Source: an uncultured delta proteobacterium
Lineage (GTDB): Bacteria; Myxococcota_A; Polyangia; Polyangiales; Polyangiaceae
Direction of reading: 5' to 3'
DNA: 64,000 nt
Assembly (NCBI GenBank): GCA_963850305.1
Contig: CAWKKR010000004.1
Span: 448,001 to 512,000 of the forward strand
A program made the translations under genes and the position numbers. Shown piece by piece: positions 54,752 to 64,000 of this stretch. Below the pieces are notes generated by a model. That model saw nothing but the letters and a program-made list of their open reading frames with translations. It was not told the DNA's origin and made no database searches. Each line of letters opens with the position of its first letter. The stretch's first letter is position 1.

Positions 54752-55778
54752 TCAGTTCGTGCCCGCGTCGGCGTTGCCCTTGGGCTTCGGCGGCGGCGGG
54801 GTACAGCGAAGGAACGGCTCGGTCTTGCCCGAGTCCGCCTTCGGCGCGGGACCGACGGGGAGCTGTGCACCGAGTGGCAACAGGCACTCGCCGTCCGTGA
54901 ACGTGCCGCAGACGCCGTAGCCGCTGCAGCAGCCCCAGATCGGGCCGACCAGGCCGAGGTAACTCGGGCACTCCCCGTTGACCGACGGATCATCGGGCGG
55001 CCCCGTGACGGTCTGAACCGGCGGTCCCGCGTCCACGACAGGCGGCGGCGGCGGGAAGCAGAACCCGATCCCGAGCGAATCTAGACCGCACGCGCCGTTC
55101 GGCAAGCAGCACGCCTTGATGTCGCCGTCGCCCTTGCATTTCTTCAGATCGCAGGTCTTCGGCGGAGGCGCAAAACACACCCCGATGCCGAGCGTGTCGA
55201 AACCGCACCCCTGGCCGTTCGCCAAGCAGCAAGGCGCCGGGCCGCCGTCCGTCGATGGACAGCTCGAGAGGTCGCAGAGCGGCGTGGGCGGCGCGAAACA
55301 GAGCCCGATGCCGAGCGTGTCGACGCCGCACTTGTTGTTCAGCTGGCAGCACGCGGCCGGTCCCCCCTTGGTGGTCGGACACTTGTCCACGTCGCAGGGT
55401 GGCCCTGCGTCCACGTTCGTGGCCGGATTCGGGAAACAAAAGACGCCGTTGCCGTACGGGTCCGTGCCGCACTCGGCGGCCGGCGTGCAGCACTTGTAGC
55501 CGTTCTTGGGCGTCGGACAGTCCTTCTCGACGCACACGCGGTTCGGTGCCGAGTTCGGCGTGCAACCGAGCAGGAGCCCGGTGGGAATCCGTACCGCACG
55601 AGCCATCCGGCGCGCAACAGGCTGAACCGGTGGCGGGCGCCGGGCACAACGACGGGTTGCACACGCCGGCAGGCTGACCGCCGTCATATCGCTGAATGAT
55701 GATGCTGCCGTCGTCGCAAGCCGAAAAACATCCGGCAACCGCCGACAAGGCCAGAGCAGATAGTAAGAAACGCTTCAC
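54752..55778 (-). CDS. Cys-rich repeat lipoprotein, frameshifted at ~55586
   Basis: Signal/lipobox in ORF 54990..55778; CC..CGxDxxGxGxC repeats continue in ORF 54752..55738 after removing one base. Confidence 0.75.
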
Positions 55779-56020
55779 GCTTGAATCTCCAGGTTCGAGA
55801 GCCGCACGCTCGAACGCGGAGAATATCGGGTTCGCGCGCCGCGCGCGAAATTCTCGTCTTTCACCCGGCCACGATAGATGCGAGCTCTACTTACATGTAG
55901 GCATCGGCAAGAGGGGGCTGCCCCGCGCAGCTCGAGTGCACAAGGGCCTCCAAAGACGCTCGGCCACACGGCCGCACCGTCGGGAGGCGTCACGGCGGCG
56001 CGCCGCACACCGAGCCGAGC

Positions 56021-57310
56021 TCAGTCCGGCGTGTTCGAGCAATAGCTCGGGAACCCCGACGGGATCCCGTTCGCATACGGCTCGGGCGACACCTTGTACG
56101 GATGCGCCGTGAAGAACTGGAGCGAGACAGGCGCCACGCCGGGGTCGACCTCGTGGCCACCCGGGTGGTGGCACATCATCGTGTAGTAACCCTGCGGCTG
56201 GTAATTCGAATAGTACGTGTGGCTGTTCTGGTTGAAGTCCAGGACCACGACGTCCGAGCCCGAGTCGCCGTACGTCAGGATCGAGGCCACCTTGTTGGAC
56301 GGATCCTGATCCGTCGCGCCGAAAGGTTGACCGCCGGAATACGATATGACGCTCGCCATGTAGTTCGAGCGCGCCAGGGAGACGTACATCGTATGGAGCG
56401 CGCCGGCGCTCCACCCAAGCGCGTGAATGTGCCGGGTGTCGATGTTGGCTTGCTGGATAGCGCACGCGACGACCGTGTCCTGGATCGGCAGGTCTTCCAC
56501 GAACCACACGCCGTCGTCGGTCGTCGTGCAGCCGGTACACGTCGTCTCGGTGAACGCCGCGACGACGCCGCCCGCGCTCGTGACGGCCGCAATGTTCGCG
56601 GCGCCGAACCCTGACTCGACCTCGGCCGGGTTCGAGAAGGTCGCGTGGTAGTAGAGGATGAGCGGGCCGCCGGGCGCCGGTTTGCTCTTCGCCGACGGGT
56701 CCATGTAGATGACGACGGGCATGGTCCTGCCGCTCGCCCCCGGGATCTGAACGGTGCCGCCGGAGGTTGCGTTCGTCGGGAACGTCGGACAGCTCGTCGC
56801 GGTCGGGAGTGCGGTCGGCGTCGGCCCTCCCGTCGATGTTCCGCCGGAGCCCGTGGCGTCACCGCCGGACCCCGTCGAAGTTCCGCCGGAACCCGTGCCG
56901 TCGCCGCCGGAACCCGTGTCGTATCCACCCGCGCCCGTGCCATCACCGCCGGAACCCGTCGACGGCGCGGCACCGGTACCCACCGCGCCGCCATTGGGAG
57001 TCGTACTGAACCCGCCCTGGCCGTTCGAACCGCCGGCACCCGGCGCCGACGAGGAACATCCGCTGACGTCGAGCTGGCAGTTGATACACTGAGCCGTACC
57101 GTAGGGGGCCTGGTTCAGGGTGGCCTCGGCACACGACGGCGGCGTCGGGCCGTCGCACTGTTCCCCCTGCTCCACGACCAGATCGCCACAGTGGGCAGCC
57201 TGGCTACCGCTGCCCGACCCGGAAGAACATCCGAGAAGCCCAGCGACTGCAACCAGCGGCACGTACATCCGCGGATCTAGTGTTGATAGGGCCGTCCATC
57301 GTCGAAGCAT
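56021..57310 (-). CDS. Lipoprotein alpha/beta-hydrolase (esterase/PHB-depolymerase-like)
   Basis: Lipobox LLGC; CGDLVVEQGEQCDG; G/S/T linker; GWSAG, D (SDVV), GGH; alternative start 57268. Confidence 0.8.
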   Translation of the reverse strand: MLRRWTALSTLDPRMYVPLVAVAGLLGCSSGSGSGSQAAHCGDLVVEQGEQCDGPTPPSCAEATLNQAPYGTAQCINCQLDVSGCSSSAPGAGGSNGQGGFSTTPNGGAVGTGAAPSTGSGGDGTGAGGYDTGSGGDGTGSGGTSTGSGGDATGSGGTSTGGPTPTALPTATSCPTFPTNATSGGTVQIPGASGRTMPVVIYMDPSAKSKPAPGGPLILYYHATFSNPAEVESGFGAANIAAVTSAGGVVAAFTETTCTGCTTTDDGVWFVEDLPIQDTVVACAIQQANIDTRHIHALGWSAGALHTMYVSLARSNYMASVISYSGGQPFGATDQDPSNKVASILTYGDSGSDVVVLDFNQNSHTYYSNYQPQGYYTMMCHHPGGHEVDPGVAPVSLQFFTAHPYKVSPEPYANGIPSGFPSYCSNTPD

Positions 57311-57517
57311 TTTTCCACCTCATCGAAACCGATTCCGAAATCCACCAATCCAACAGTGGGATGCCACACACCCAGGCGGGCCCGCTTATCCATCCAGCTC
57401 AAAGACGAAGCCGGCGAGGTCGAATTCGATGAGCGTCCGCGCTTCGTGCGAGTACGAAGGGAAAATTGAATCGAAATCGAATCGAACCTGGCTTCCGCGC
57501 GATGTCGCAGCGAGGAT

Positions 57518-59377
57518 TCAGTCCTCGAAGTTCGCGTGAACGAAGTCCGAGACGATCTGCGCGACGCGACGCTGGGCCGAGATCTCGGTGAACGTGTGAT
57601 CGGCCCCCTCGATGATCTGCATCTGGAAATTGGCCCGACCGCGCATGCGCCGCGCGCCCGGGCCGAGATAGGAAGCGAGCGTGTCCAGGGCCGAATCATC
57701 AGCGCTGTAGACGAGCAGGGACTTCGTGCCCCTATCGGAGGTGCGCCAGAAATCTCGCTCCACCGGGTTCAGGGGCTTGTGCGGTGAGACGAGCGCGTTG
57801 AGAGCGGCCTTGGTCGTCGCGAAGGCCACGCGCGAGCCGTGCGCGAGCAAGTAACGCGCAATGCCGGCTGCGGCCACTCGACCTCTCAAGACACGCATCC
57901 ACGTATCTTGGTTGAATAGAGACCGACCATAGACGTGGCTCGCCTTGAAACGATCTGCTGCGCGAGACTCGAGCGTGTCCCCCTCCTTCCACTCGAACGC
58001 GGACAGATTCATGAGCACCTGGCCCACGACCCGCGCATCCGTCGCCGTCGAATGGAAGGCGAGATAGGCACCCGAACAGATCCCGACCAGGACGAATCGC
58101 GCGATACCGTAGTCTCGCGCCAGGAGTGACATCGCCGATTGCACGTCCGCGACGCAGGCTATCGAGTAGATCTGGTTCTCCTGCTTGCCCGGCGCGGCGT
58201 AGCTCTCCCCGAGACCGCTCACGTCGATGCGCATCGACGTGATACCACGCGCAGCGAAATCCCGGGCCATCGTCACGTAAAGGCGGTTCGACCCGATGTG
58301 GTGGTTCGCTCCGACGTTGATGAAGAGGACCGCCTGATCGCGCTTCGCGCCCGGCGTCTCCGGTGTCGAGACGATACCGAACAACCGATCGTCGGGACCG
58401 AATCGCTCGGGTTGCTCCGATACCCGGACGCCTTCGCGGGTCGTGGCAACGAGCGGTGGCGCCGGCGGCGGGATCGTCGGTTCGCGCTGCCCGCGCCTCG
58501 ACGAGTTGCCGTAGGCCGCACGAGCCCAGCTCTCCACCGTGGAGATGGCCTGAGCCGGCAGAGTCGCGAACTCGACGTCACGCATCATGGCCGCATAGCC
58601 AGGCGTCGCGATGAACTCCACCTCGTGCCCGCAGCTCTCGTAATACTCGGCGAGGCGCTCTTCACCCGAAACGTCGTCGCGCGGGACGATGAGTACGCGG
58701 AGAATCCGAGCGACTCTCGTTTTCAGAAGATCGAGCCCTTTCAGGTCTTCGATCATCGGGGATGTGACGAGGTAACCCGCCACCTGGAGTTCGGGGCCAC
58801 CGTTGTCCTTGAGCAACTGGAAGGCGCGCAGCTCCCGCGCATAGCTGCGTCCCGAGAGGGCGGCCCCGAAGAACATCAAGCTCGAGATGTCATCGCGTTC
58901 GGCAACCACGTGGCCCGCGAGGAGCGCACCGAGTCGGGTCCCGAACAGCCCGATGCTGGAAACGCCGCCGCGGCGTTTCAGCTCGTCGATGGCCGCATGG
59001 ATGTCGTCCATCATGGCGCGGACGCGCTGCTCGGAGTCCGGATAGCCCGCGGAGTCGCCGGTACCGCGGTAATCGAAGCGGAGTACGTGAAAACCAGCCG
59101 CCGCGAGCCGTTCGGCGAGGACCCGGTACGGGCGGTACGTGCACATCGCCTCGTAGCCGAACGGGTTGCAGAGGACCACGCCGACACCGCGGGGCTCCGC
59201 TGCGGCGGGGAGATGGTGAAAGCCAAAGATTCGAACGGGGTCCGTCCCGAACGAAATCGGTTGCCCCGAAGCGCGCGCTCCAGTCGTGGCGCGAGATGTG
59301 GCCTCGACCTGAAGCCCTACGCCACTCACATCACCCTCGTCGCTCGCCCATGCTCCAGCTGGCGTGAACACTCGCAT
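57518..59377 (-). CDS. Tandem double alpha/beta-hydrolase-fold protein
   Basis: Domain 1 LRFDYRGTGDS, GTRLG; domain 2 RIDVSGLGES, GICSG, GADHTF; start uncertain. Confidence 0.85.
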   Translation of the reverse strand: MRVFTPAGAWASDEGDVSGVGLQVEATSRATTGARASGQPISFGTDPVRIFGFHHLPAAAEPRGVGVVLCNPFGYEAMCTYRPYRVLAERLAAAGFHVLRFDYRGTGDSAGYPDSEQRVRAMMDDIHAAIDELKRRGGVSSIGLFGTRLGALLAGHVVAERDDISSLMFFGAALSGRSYARELRAFQLLKDNGGPELQVAGYLVTSPMIEDLKGLDLLKTRVARILRVLIVPRDDVSGEERLAEYYESCGHEVEFIATPGYAAMMRDVEFATLPAQAISTVESWARAAYGNSSRRGQREPTIPPPAPPLVATTREGVRVSEQPERFGPDDRLFGIVSTPETPGAKRDQAVLFINVGANHHIGSNRLYVTMARDFAARGITSMRIDVSGLGESYAAPGKQENQIYSIACVADVQSAMSLLARDYGIARFVLVGICSGAYLAFHSTATDARVVGQVLMNLSAFEWKEGDTLESRAADRFKASHVYGRSLFNQDTWMRVLRGRVAAAGIARYLLAHGSRVAFATTKAALNALVSPHKPLNPVERDFWRTSDRGTKSLLVYSADDSALDTLASYLGPGARRMRGRANFQMQIIEGADHTFTEISAQRRVAQIVSDFVHANFED

Positions 59378-59682
59378 ATCAACGTCGCGCTGCAAGCCGT
59401 ATCACGAAAGGAGCTGCGCCAGGCGCGCACGTCCTCCGAGCGACGCTCGCCCGGAGTGATGGCGGCATCCCGGCCCGCTGTTTCAGCTTCGCCCATGCTC
59501 GCCCATGCTCGGTCCCCACACCGTATCTTTTGCATAAATCTCGGGAAAGCGACCGCGCGAACCACGGTCATCACCGACTGTCCACTGCGGCCCGCCACGG
59601 CCGATTCAGCCCGGCGGGAATGCACGAAGTCGGGATGTTCCCTTGCGGGCACGCGAACGCAAAAATATAGTACGGACCACGC

Positions 59683-60075
59683 ATGGAAGCCGTCGCCGTC
59701 GGAATCGACTGGGTCGAGATCGCCGAAGTCGAGCAATCCATTTCGCGGTTCGGGGAACGCTACCTGACGCGGGTCTTCACCGAAGGCGAGCGCGCTTATG
59801 CGAGGACGAGCGATGCGCAGGGCGCGGCCCGTCTGGCTGCTCGATTCGCTGCGAAGGAGGCGGTAATCAAGGTGCTCCGCCCCGCAGACCGACCGGTACC
59901 GTGGCGCGATATCGAGGTCCTCAAAACGGCTTCGGGTGCCTGCGACATCAAGCTCACCGGTATGGCGCTCGCTCTCGCAGGCGAGGCCGGGATCGACCGA
60001 ATATCCGTGAGTCTGACTCATCACGGGAACCAGGCCGCTGCGGTCGCCGCAGCGCTCCGCAAAAAGGACCCATGA
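59683..60075 (+). CDS. acpS: Holo-[acyl-carrier-protein] synthase (4'-phosphopantetheinyl transferase)
   Basis: VGIDWVE, VFTEGE, LAARFAAKEAVIK, VSLTH. Confidence 0.93.
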   Translation: MEAVAVGIDWVEIAEVEQSISRFGERYLTRVFTEGERAYARTSDAQGAARLAARFAAKEAVIKVLRPADRPVPWRDIEVLKTASGACDIKLTGMALALAGEAGIDRISVSLTHHGNQAAAVAAALRKKDP

Positions 60076-60314
60076 CCGAAGAGATCCGAGCGATTCTGAA
60101 GGAACACGGCAGGCTGAACGCGGACGCCACGACGCTCGCAGAGGATGGCGATCTTTACGAGGCGGGGATGACCTCCCACGCCAGCGTGAATGTCATGCTC
60201 GCGCTCGAGGCCAAATTCGACGTGGAATTCCCTGACCGGATGCTGCGACGCAGCGTATTCGAGAGCGTCGCGGCCATCCGCGGTGCGATTGAAGAACTCA
60301 CGGGGGCCCGTTGA
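60072..60314 (+). CDS. Acyl/aminoacyl carrier protein
   Basis: 80 aa; DLYEAGMTSHASVNVMLALEAKFDVEFPD; overlaps with both neighbours. Confidence 0.9.
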   Translation: MTEEIRAILKEHGRLNADATTLAEDGDLYEAGMTSHASVNVMLALEAKFDVEFPDRMLRRSVFESVAAIRGAIEELTGAR

Positions 60315-61468
60315 CGGTGCCCACACTCATCGACACCGTCGCGCGCATTGCCGCCGAGATCGCTGGACCCGCTGCGGCCGACGTGGACGACCGCGCCCGA
60401 TTTCCGGCCGAGGCGATCGATGCGCTCAGGAAGGATGGACTCCTCGCAGCGGGCATCCCGAAGGACCTCGGGGGCCAGGGCTGCTCGATCGCCGACCTTT
60501 CGCGGATGTGCACGGCCCTCGGCCAGCACTGTGCCTCTACGGCCATGGTCTTCGCGATGCACCAGATCCAGGTGGCGTGCATCGTCCGTCATGGCCTCGG
60601 GTCGTCGTACTTCAGGGCGTACCTGCAGGAAGTCGTGCAGAAGCAGCTCCTGATCGCGTCCGTGACGTCGGAGGCCGGCGTAGGGGGCGACACGAGAACG
60701 AGCGTCTGCGCGGTCGAGAAGACCGATAATCGCTTCGTGCTCAACAAGGACGCAACAACCATCTCCTACGGGGAGGCTGCAGACGATCTGCTGGTGACCT
60801 GCCGACGGTCGTCCGACGCGGCGGGCAGCGACCAGGTGCTCGTGCTGCTCCGAAAGAACGACTATCTGCTCGCCCGCAACGGCTCGTGGAACACCCTCGG
60901 CATGCGCGGCACATGCAGCCCCGGGTACAAGCTCACCTCCTCGGGGCACGTCGAACAGATCCTCCCGGGGTCGTTCGCCGACTCGTCGAGTCAGACGATG
61001 GTGCCCTTCTCGCACGTGCTCTGGTCGGCGTGCTGGCTCGGTATCGCGTCGGACGCGGCGGCGCGTGCCAGCTCCTACGTGCGTGCCGAGGCGCGACGGA
61101 AGCCAGGCACGGTTCCGGCCGGCGCCGTTCGCCTGGCGGAACTGTCGACCGTGCTCCAGACGATGCGCACGCACGTGAAGGACGTCGCGGAGGAATGCGC
61201 GACTCTCTTCGCTTCCCCGGAGGGAAACGACGCCGTGTCGTCCATCGGCTTCGCGCTGAAGATGAACCAGCTCAAGACGTCGTCGTCCGAGACCGTGGTG
61301 GATCTCGTGCACCGCGCGCTCTTGATCTGCGGCATCATGGGCTACAAGAACGACGGCCCGTTCAGCCTCGGACGTCATCTCCGGGATTCGCACTCCGCGG
61401 CATTGATGATCAACAACGATCGTATCTACGCGAAGAGCGCGTCGCTGCTCCTCGTCCACAAGGACTGA
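60311..61468 (+). CDS. Acyl-CoA dehydrogenase-like flavoprotein
   Basis: RFPAEA, PKDLGGQG, AMH, SVTSE, WNTLGMRGTCS, ICGIMGY, RHLRD. Confidence 0.92.
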   Translation: MTVPTLIDTVARIAAEIAGPAAADVDDRARFPAEAIDALRKDGLLAAGIPKDLGGQGCSIADLSRMCTALGQHCASTAMVFAMHQIQVACIVRHGLGSSYFRAYLQEVVQKQLLIASVTSEAGVGGDTRTSVCAVEKTDNRFVLNKDATTISYGEAADDLLVTCRRSSDAAGSDQVLVLLRKNDYLLARNGSWNTLGMRGTCSPGYKLTSSGHVEQILPGSFADSSSQTMVPFSHVLWSACWLGIASDAAARASSYVRAEARRKPGTVPAGAVRLAELSTVLQTMRTHVKDVAEECATLFASPEGNDAVSSIGFALKMNQLKTSSSETVVDLVHRALLICGIMGYKNDGPFSLGRHLRDSHSAALMINNDRIYAKSASLLLVHKD

Positions 61469-61471
61469 ACG

Positions 61472-62389
61472 ATGGTCAAAGAGCCGACGGCGGTGGAGAA
61501 GGCCTTTTACGAAGACCTGGTGAGCGCACGGCTCGTCATCCCGACGGGCGTGCCGGGCGTGTTCGGGCGGGGCGCCGTCTTCGAGGACGTGCTCGAGCGG
61601 TTCAATCGACTGATCACCAAGGTGGCGGAGAAAGACGGCGCGGAGCGAATGCTCTTCCCGCCCACTCTGAGCCGCCGCGTGTTCGAGAAGAGCGAGTTCT
61701 TGAATTCATTTCCGCAGCTCGCCGGCTCGGTGTTCAGCTTCGACGGGACCGACGCTCAGCACCGGGAACTCACGGCGCGCATTCACGACCAGAAGCCGTG
61801 GGCGGATCTTCAAGTGATGACGGACGTCGTCCTGAGCCCCGCCGCCTGCTACCCGGTGTACCCGACGATGGAGGGCACGCTGCCAGAAGAAGGCCGCCTC
61901 GTGGACATGGAGGAGTGGGTCTTCCGGCACGAGCCGTCGTACGAGCCCACCCGGATGCAGTGCTTCCGCGTGCGCGAGTTCGTCCGCGTGGGCACGCCGG
62001 ACATGGTCGTCGGGTGGCGCGACATGTGGCTGAAGCGCGGACACGAACTGCTGCTGTCGCTCGGACTACCCGCGCGGCCGGAGGTCGCGTCCGATCCGTT
62101 CTTCGGGCGGGGCGGACGCATGCTCGCGGCGAGTCAGAAGGAAATGCAGCTCAAGTTCGAGGTCGTCATTCCGGTTTGCTCCGAAGAGAAGCCGACGGCC
62201 GTGTGCTCCTTCAACTATCACCAGGATCACTTCGGCAAGATCTTCGGCATCCGGACGGCGTCGGGGGAAACGGCACAGACTGCGTGTCTCGGCTTCGGGA
62301 TGGAGCGCGTCTGCATGGCGCTCTTCAAGACGCACGGTGTCGATACCGCACAGTGGCCCACCACGGCGAAGAAGCTGCTCTGGCCGTGA
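61472..62389 (+). CDS. Amino acid--[acyl-carrier-protein] ligase (atypical SerRS homolog)
   Basis: 305 aa class II aaRS core with no tRNA-binding domain; SFPQL, PAACYPVYP, FRHEPS, REFV, ASDPFFGR, SFNYHQDHFG, TACLGFG. Confidence 0.93.
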   Translation: MVKEPTAVEKAFYEDLVSARLVIPTGVPGVFGRGAVFEDVLERFNRLITKVAEKDGAERMLFPPTLSRRVFEKSEFLNSFPQLAGSVFSFDGTDAQHRELTARIHDQKPWADLQVMTDVVLSPAACYPVYPTMEGTLPEEGRLVDMEEWVFRHEPSYEPTRMQCFRVREFVRVGTPDMVVGWRDMWLKRGHELLLSLGLPARPEVASDPFFGRGGRMLAASQKEMQLKFEVVIPVCSEEKPTAVCSFNYHQDHFGKIFGIRTASGETAQTACLGFGMERVCMALFKTHGVDTAQWPTTAKKLLWP

Positions 62390-63369
62390 ACGTCGCGGCG
62401 ATCAGAGCCATCGATCCGGCGAGATACACGCCGCACACCCTTCACCGGTGCGAGCGGGCGTTCCCCGAGTCCAATTGCTACATCGACGTCTGGCTGGAGG
62501 TGCTCCACGCGCTCGAACTCGAGCCGCTCGCATGTGCGCCATTCACCCTGGCCGCGGATTTCGAGGGCGATCAGTGGACGTTCTTCAAGCCGCCCCACGG
62601 AGAGCTCGCCCGGCTCTACGGGATCGAGGTCCATGAGCTCACGGTTTGGCGTCCGCTCGCCGACCACGCCGTGGAGCAGCTCGGCCAGGGAAAGATCGTT
62701 CTCACGGAAGCGGACTCGTTCTTTTTGCCGGACACGGCCGGGACGGACTACCGGCGAAACCACGTGAAGACGACGATCGCTCTCCAGGAGATCGACGTCG
62801 CCGCGCGAAGACTCGGATACTTTCACAACGCGGGCTACCATGGGCTGGAAGGCGCGGATTTCGCCGACCTCTTCCGGCTGGATGCGCCCCCGGATCCGAC
62901 GTTCTTGCCGCTCTTCGCGGAGTTCGCGCGGCTCCGGCGCGTGAAGCGCCTGCCCGCGGCAGAGCTCGTTGCGCTCTCGCTCGAGCTCCTCGGCGAACAC
63001 CTCCGTCGCCGGCCCGGTACGAATCCGGTCGCTCGGTTCGCGGCGCGGCTACCCGCCGATCTCGAGTGGCTCCAGGCGGAGGGACTTCCGACGTATCACG
63101 TCTATGCGTTTGCCTCGCTCCGGCAACTGGGAGCGGCGTTCGAGCTCGGCGCGGCGTATCTTCGCTGGCTCGAGGCGAACGATACGCCGGCGCTCGATGG
63201 AGCCGCCAGAGCGTGTGACGTGATCACATCCGGTGCGAAAGCCTTGATCCTGAAGGGTGCCCGCGCCGTGAACGCGAAGCGCGCCGCCGATTTCAGCGAG
63301 CTATTGTCCCAGATGGAACGCGCGTGGGACGAGCTGATGGGAGTCCTGGTTCCGCGCTTCGGCGGTTGA
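62386..63369 (+). CDS. DUF1839 family protein
   Basis: ESNCYIDVWLE, DFEGDQWTFFKP, EADSFFLPDTAGTDY, HVKTT, YFHNAGY, YAFASLRQLGA; GTGA overlap. Confidence 0.85.
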   Translation: MNVAAIRAIDPARYTPHTLHRCERAFPESNCYIDVWLEVLHALELEPLACAPFTLAADFEGDQWTFFKPPHGELARLYGIEVHELTVWRPLADHAVEQLGQGKIVLTEADSFFLPDTAGTDYRRNHVKTTIALQEIDVAARRLGYFHNAGYHGLEGADFADLFRLDAPPDPTFLPLFAEFARLRRVKRLPAAELVALSLELLGEHLRRRPGTNPVARFAARLPADLEWLQAEGLPTYHVYAFASLRQLGAAFELGAAYLRWLEANDTPALDGAARACDVITSGAKALILKGARAVNAKRAADFSELLSQMERAWDELMGVLVPRFGG

Positions 63370-63418
63370 CGCCGAAATCTCGGCGAACACCAGCGTTTCC
63401 GAGAATAATGCGGGCCCG

Positions 63419-64000
63419 ATGCACGAGTTCGCACTTTCCGGCGATGGTCACGCGCTGACGGAGGGTTGGGAAGCATGCCTCACGCCTCCCGGCGCCGCCG
63501 CGGACCTCGGTGCGCTCGCAGGCGAGCGATTCTTCCCAGCGCAAGTCCCGGGAACGATCGCGTCGGCCCTCCGAGCGGCGCGCGCCTGGTCTCTCGAAGC
63601 GCCGAGGGACTTCGACGCGGAGGACGTCTTCTATCGCTGTCGATTCGCGCGACCTCACGCGCCGCCCGGTTCGAAATTCAGGCTCTGCTTCGATTGCCTC
63701 GCCACGCTCGCCGACGTCTTCCTGAACGGGGAGCCGCTGCTGTCCGCCGATAACCAGTTCGTGCGCCACGCGGCGGACGTCACGGCAGCGCTCCGCGACG
63801 ACAACGAACTCATCATCCGATTTCGCGCGCTCGCGCCCGAGCTGAAACAGAAGAAACTCCGCCCGCGATTCCGGACGAAGCTCGTAGCCGAACAGCAGCT
63901 CCGGTTCATCCGCACGACGCTGCTCGGGCGCATTCCGAGCTGGAGTCCGCCGGTCGCACCCGTGGGCCCGCTTCGCGCCATCCGGCTCGAGGTCGAAGGT
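63419..64000 (+). CDS. Glycoside hydrolase family 2 (beta-mannosidase-like), 5' part, runs off window
   Basis: Open from ATG 63419 to the window end: AQVPGT, FDCLATLADVFLNG, DNQF, NELIIRF, RTTLLG, PVGPLRAIRL. Confidence 0.8.
   Translation, partial: MHEFALSGDGHALTEGWEACLTPPGAAADLGALAGERFFPAQVPGTIASALRAARAWSLEAPRDFDAEDVFYRCRFARPHAPPGSKFRLCFDCLATLADVFLNGEPLLSADNQFVRHAADVTAALRDDNELIIRFRALAPELKQKKLRPRFRTKLVAEQQLRFIRTTLLGRIPSWSPPVAPVGPLRAIRLEVEG

Noticed and set aside
59640..59665. sigma54 promoter before acpS (GGGCACGCGAACGC)
   Set aside because: Spacing from GGCAC to GC is one base short and the TTGC element is absent
61472..62389. Housekeeping seryl-tRNA synthetase
   Set aside because: Too short, lacks the tRNA-binding domain and sits in an ACP operon

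Overview
High-GC bacterial window. Many Cys-rich lipoproteins with DAG/DGG linkers, a MYXO-CTERM-like tail, a TonB-domain-fused receptor and a FecR-TPR anti-sigma point to Myxococcota, probably Polyangiales (inference). About 55 CDS are supported. I see no rRNA, tRNA, CRISPR array or transposase. Recognisable genes are gmd, a galE-like epimerase, an Slt transglycosylase, carB, two MscS channels, paired cation/H+ antiporters, yaeQ, a fatty acid desaturase, rarD, a GH25 lysozyme, ppk2, a P3A H+-ATPase, ppk1-sixA-ppx and msrPQ. The most notable locus is at the right end (57.5-64 kb). It holds AcpS, an atypical carrier protein, an acyl-CoA dehydrogenase lacking the usual catalytic Glu, a SerRS-like amino acid:[carrier protein] ligase, DUF1839 and a GH2 glycosidase, with a divergent double alpha/beta-hydrolase. 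This is a carrier-protein aminoacyl pathway whose product is not known to me. Other candidates are a copper monooxygenase/cupredoxin/TonB-receptor trio, a polyphosphate/H+-ATPase cluster, an ECF-FecR module next to a small beta-barrel protein, two sigma54 promoters that imply leaderless mRNAs, and a 21/42-bp-periodic intergenic repeat. Three genes carry one-base frameshifts that look like sequencing errors. All family calls come from motif recognition by eye; no database search was run.
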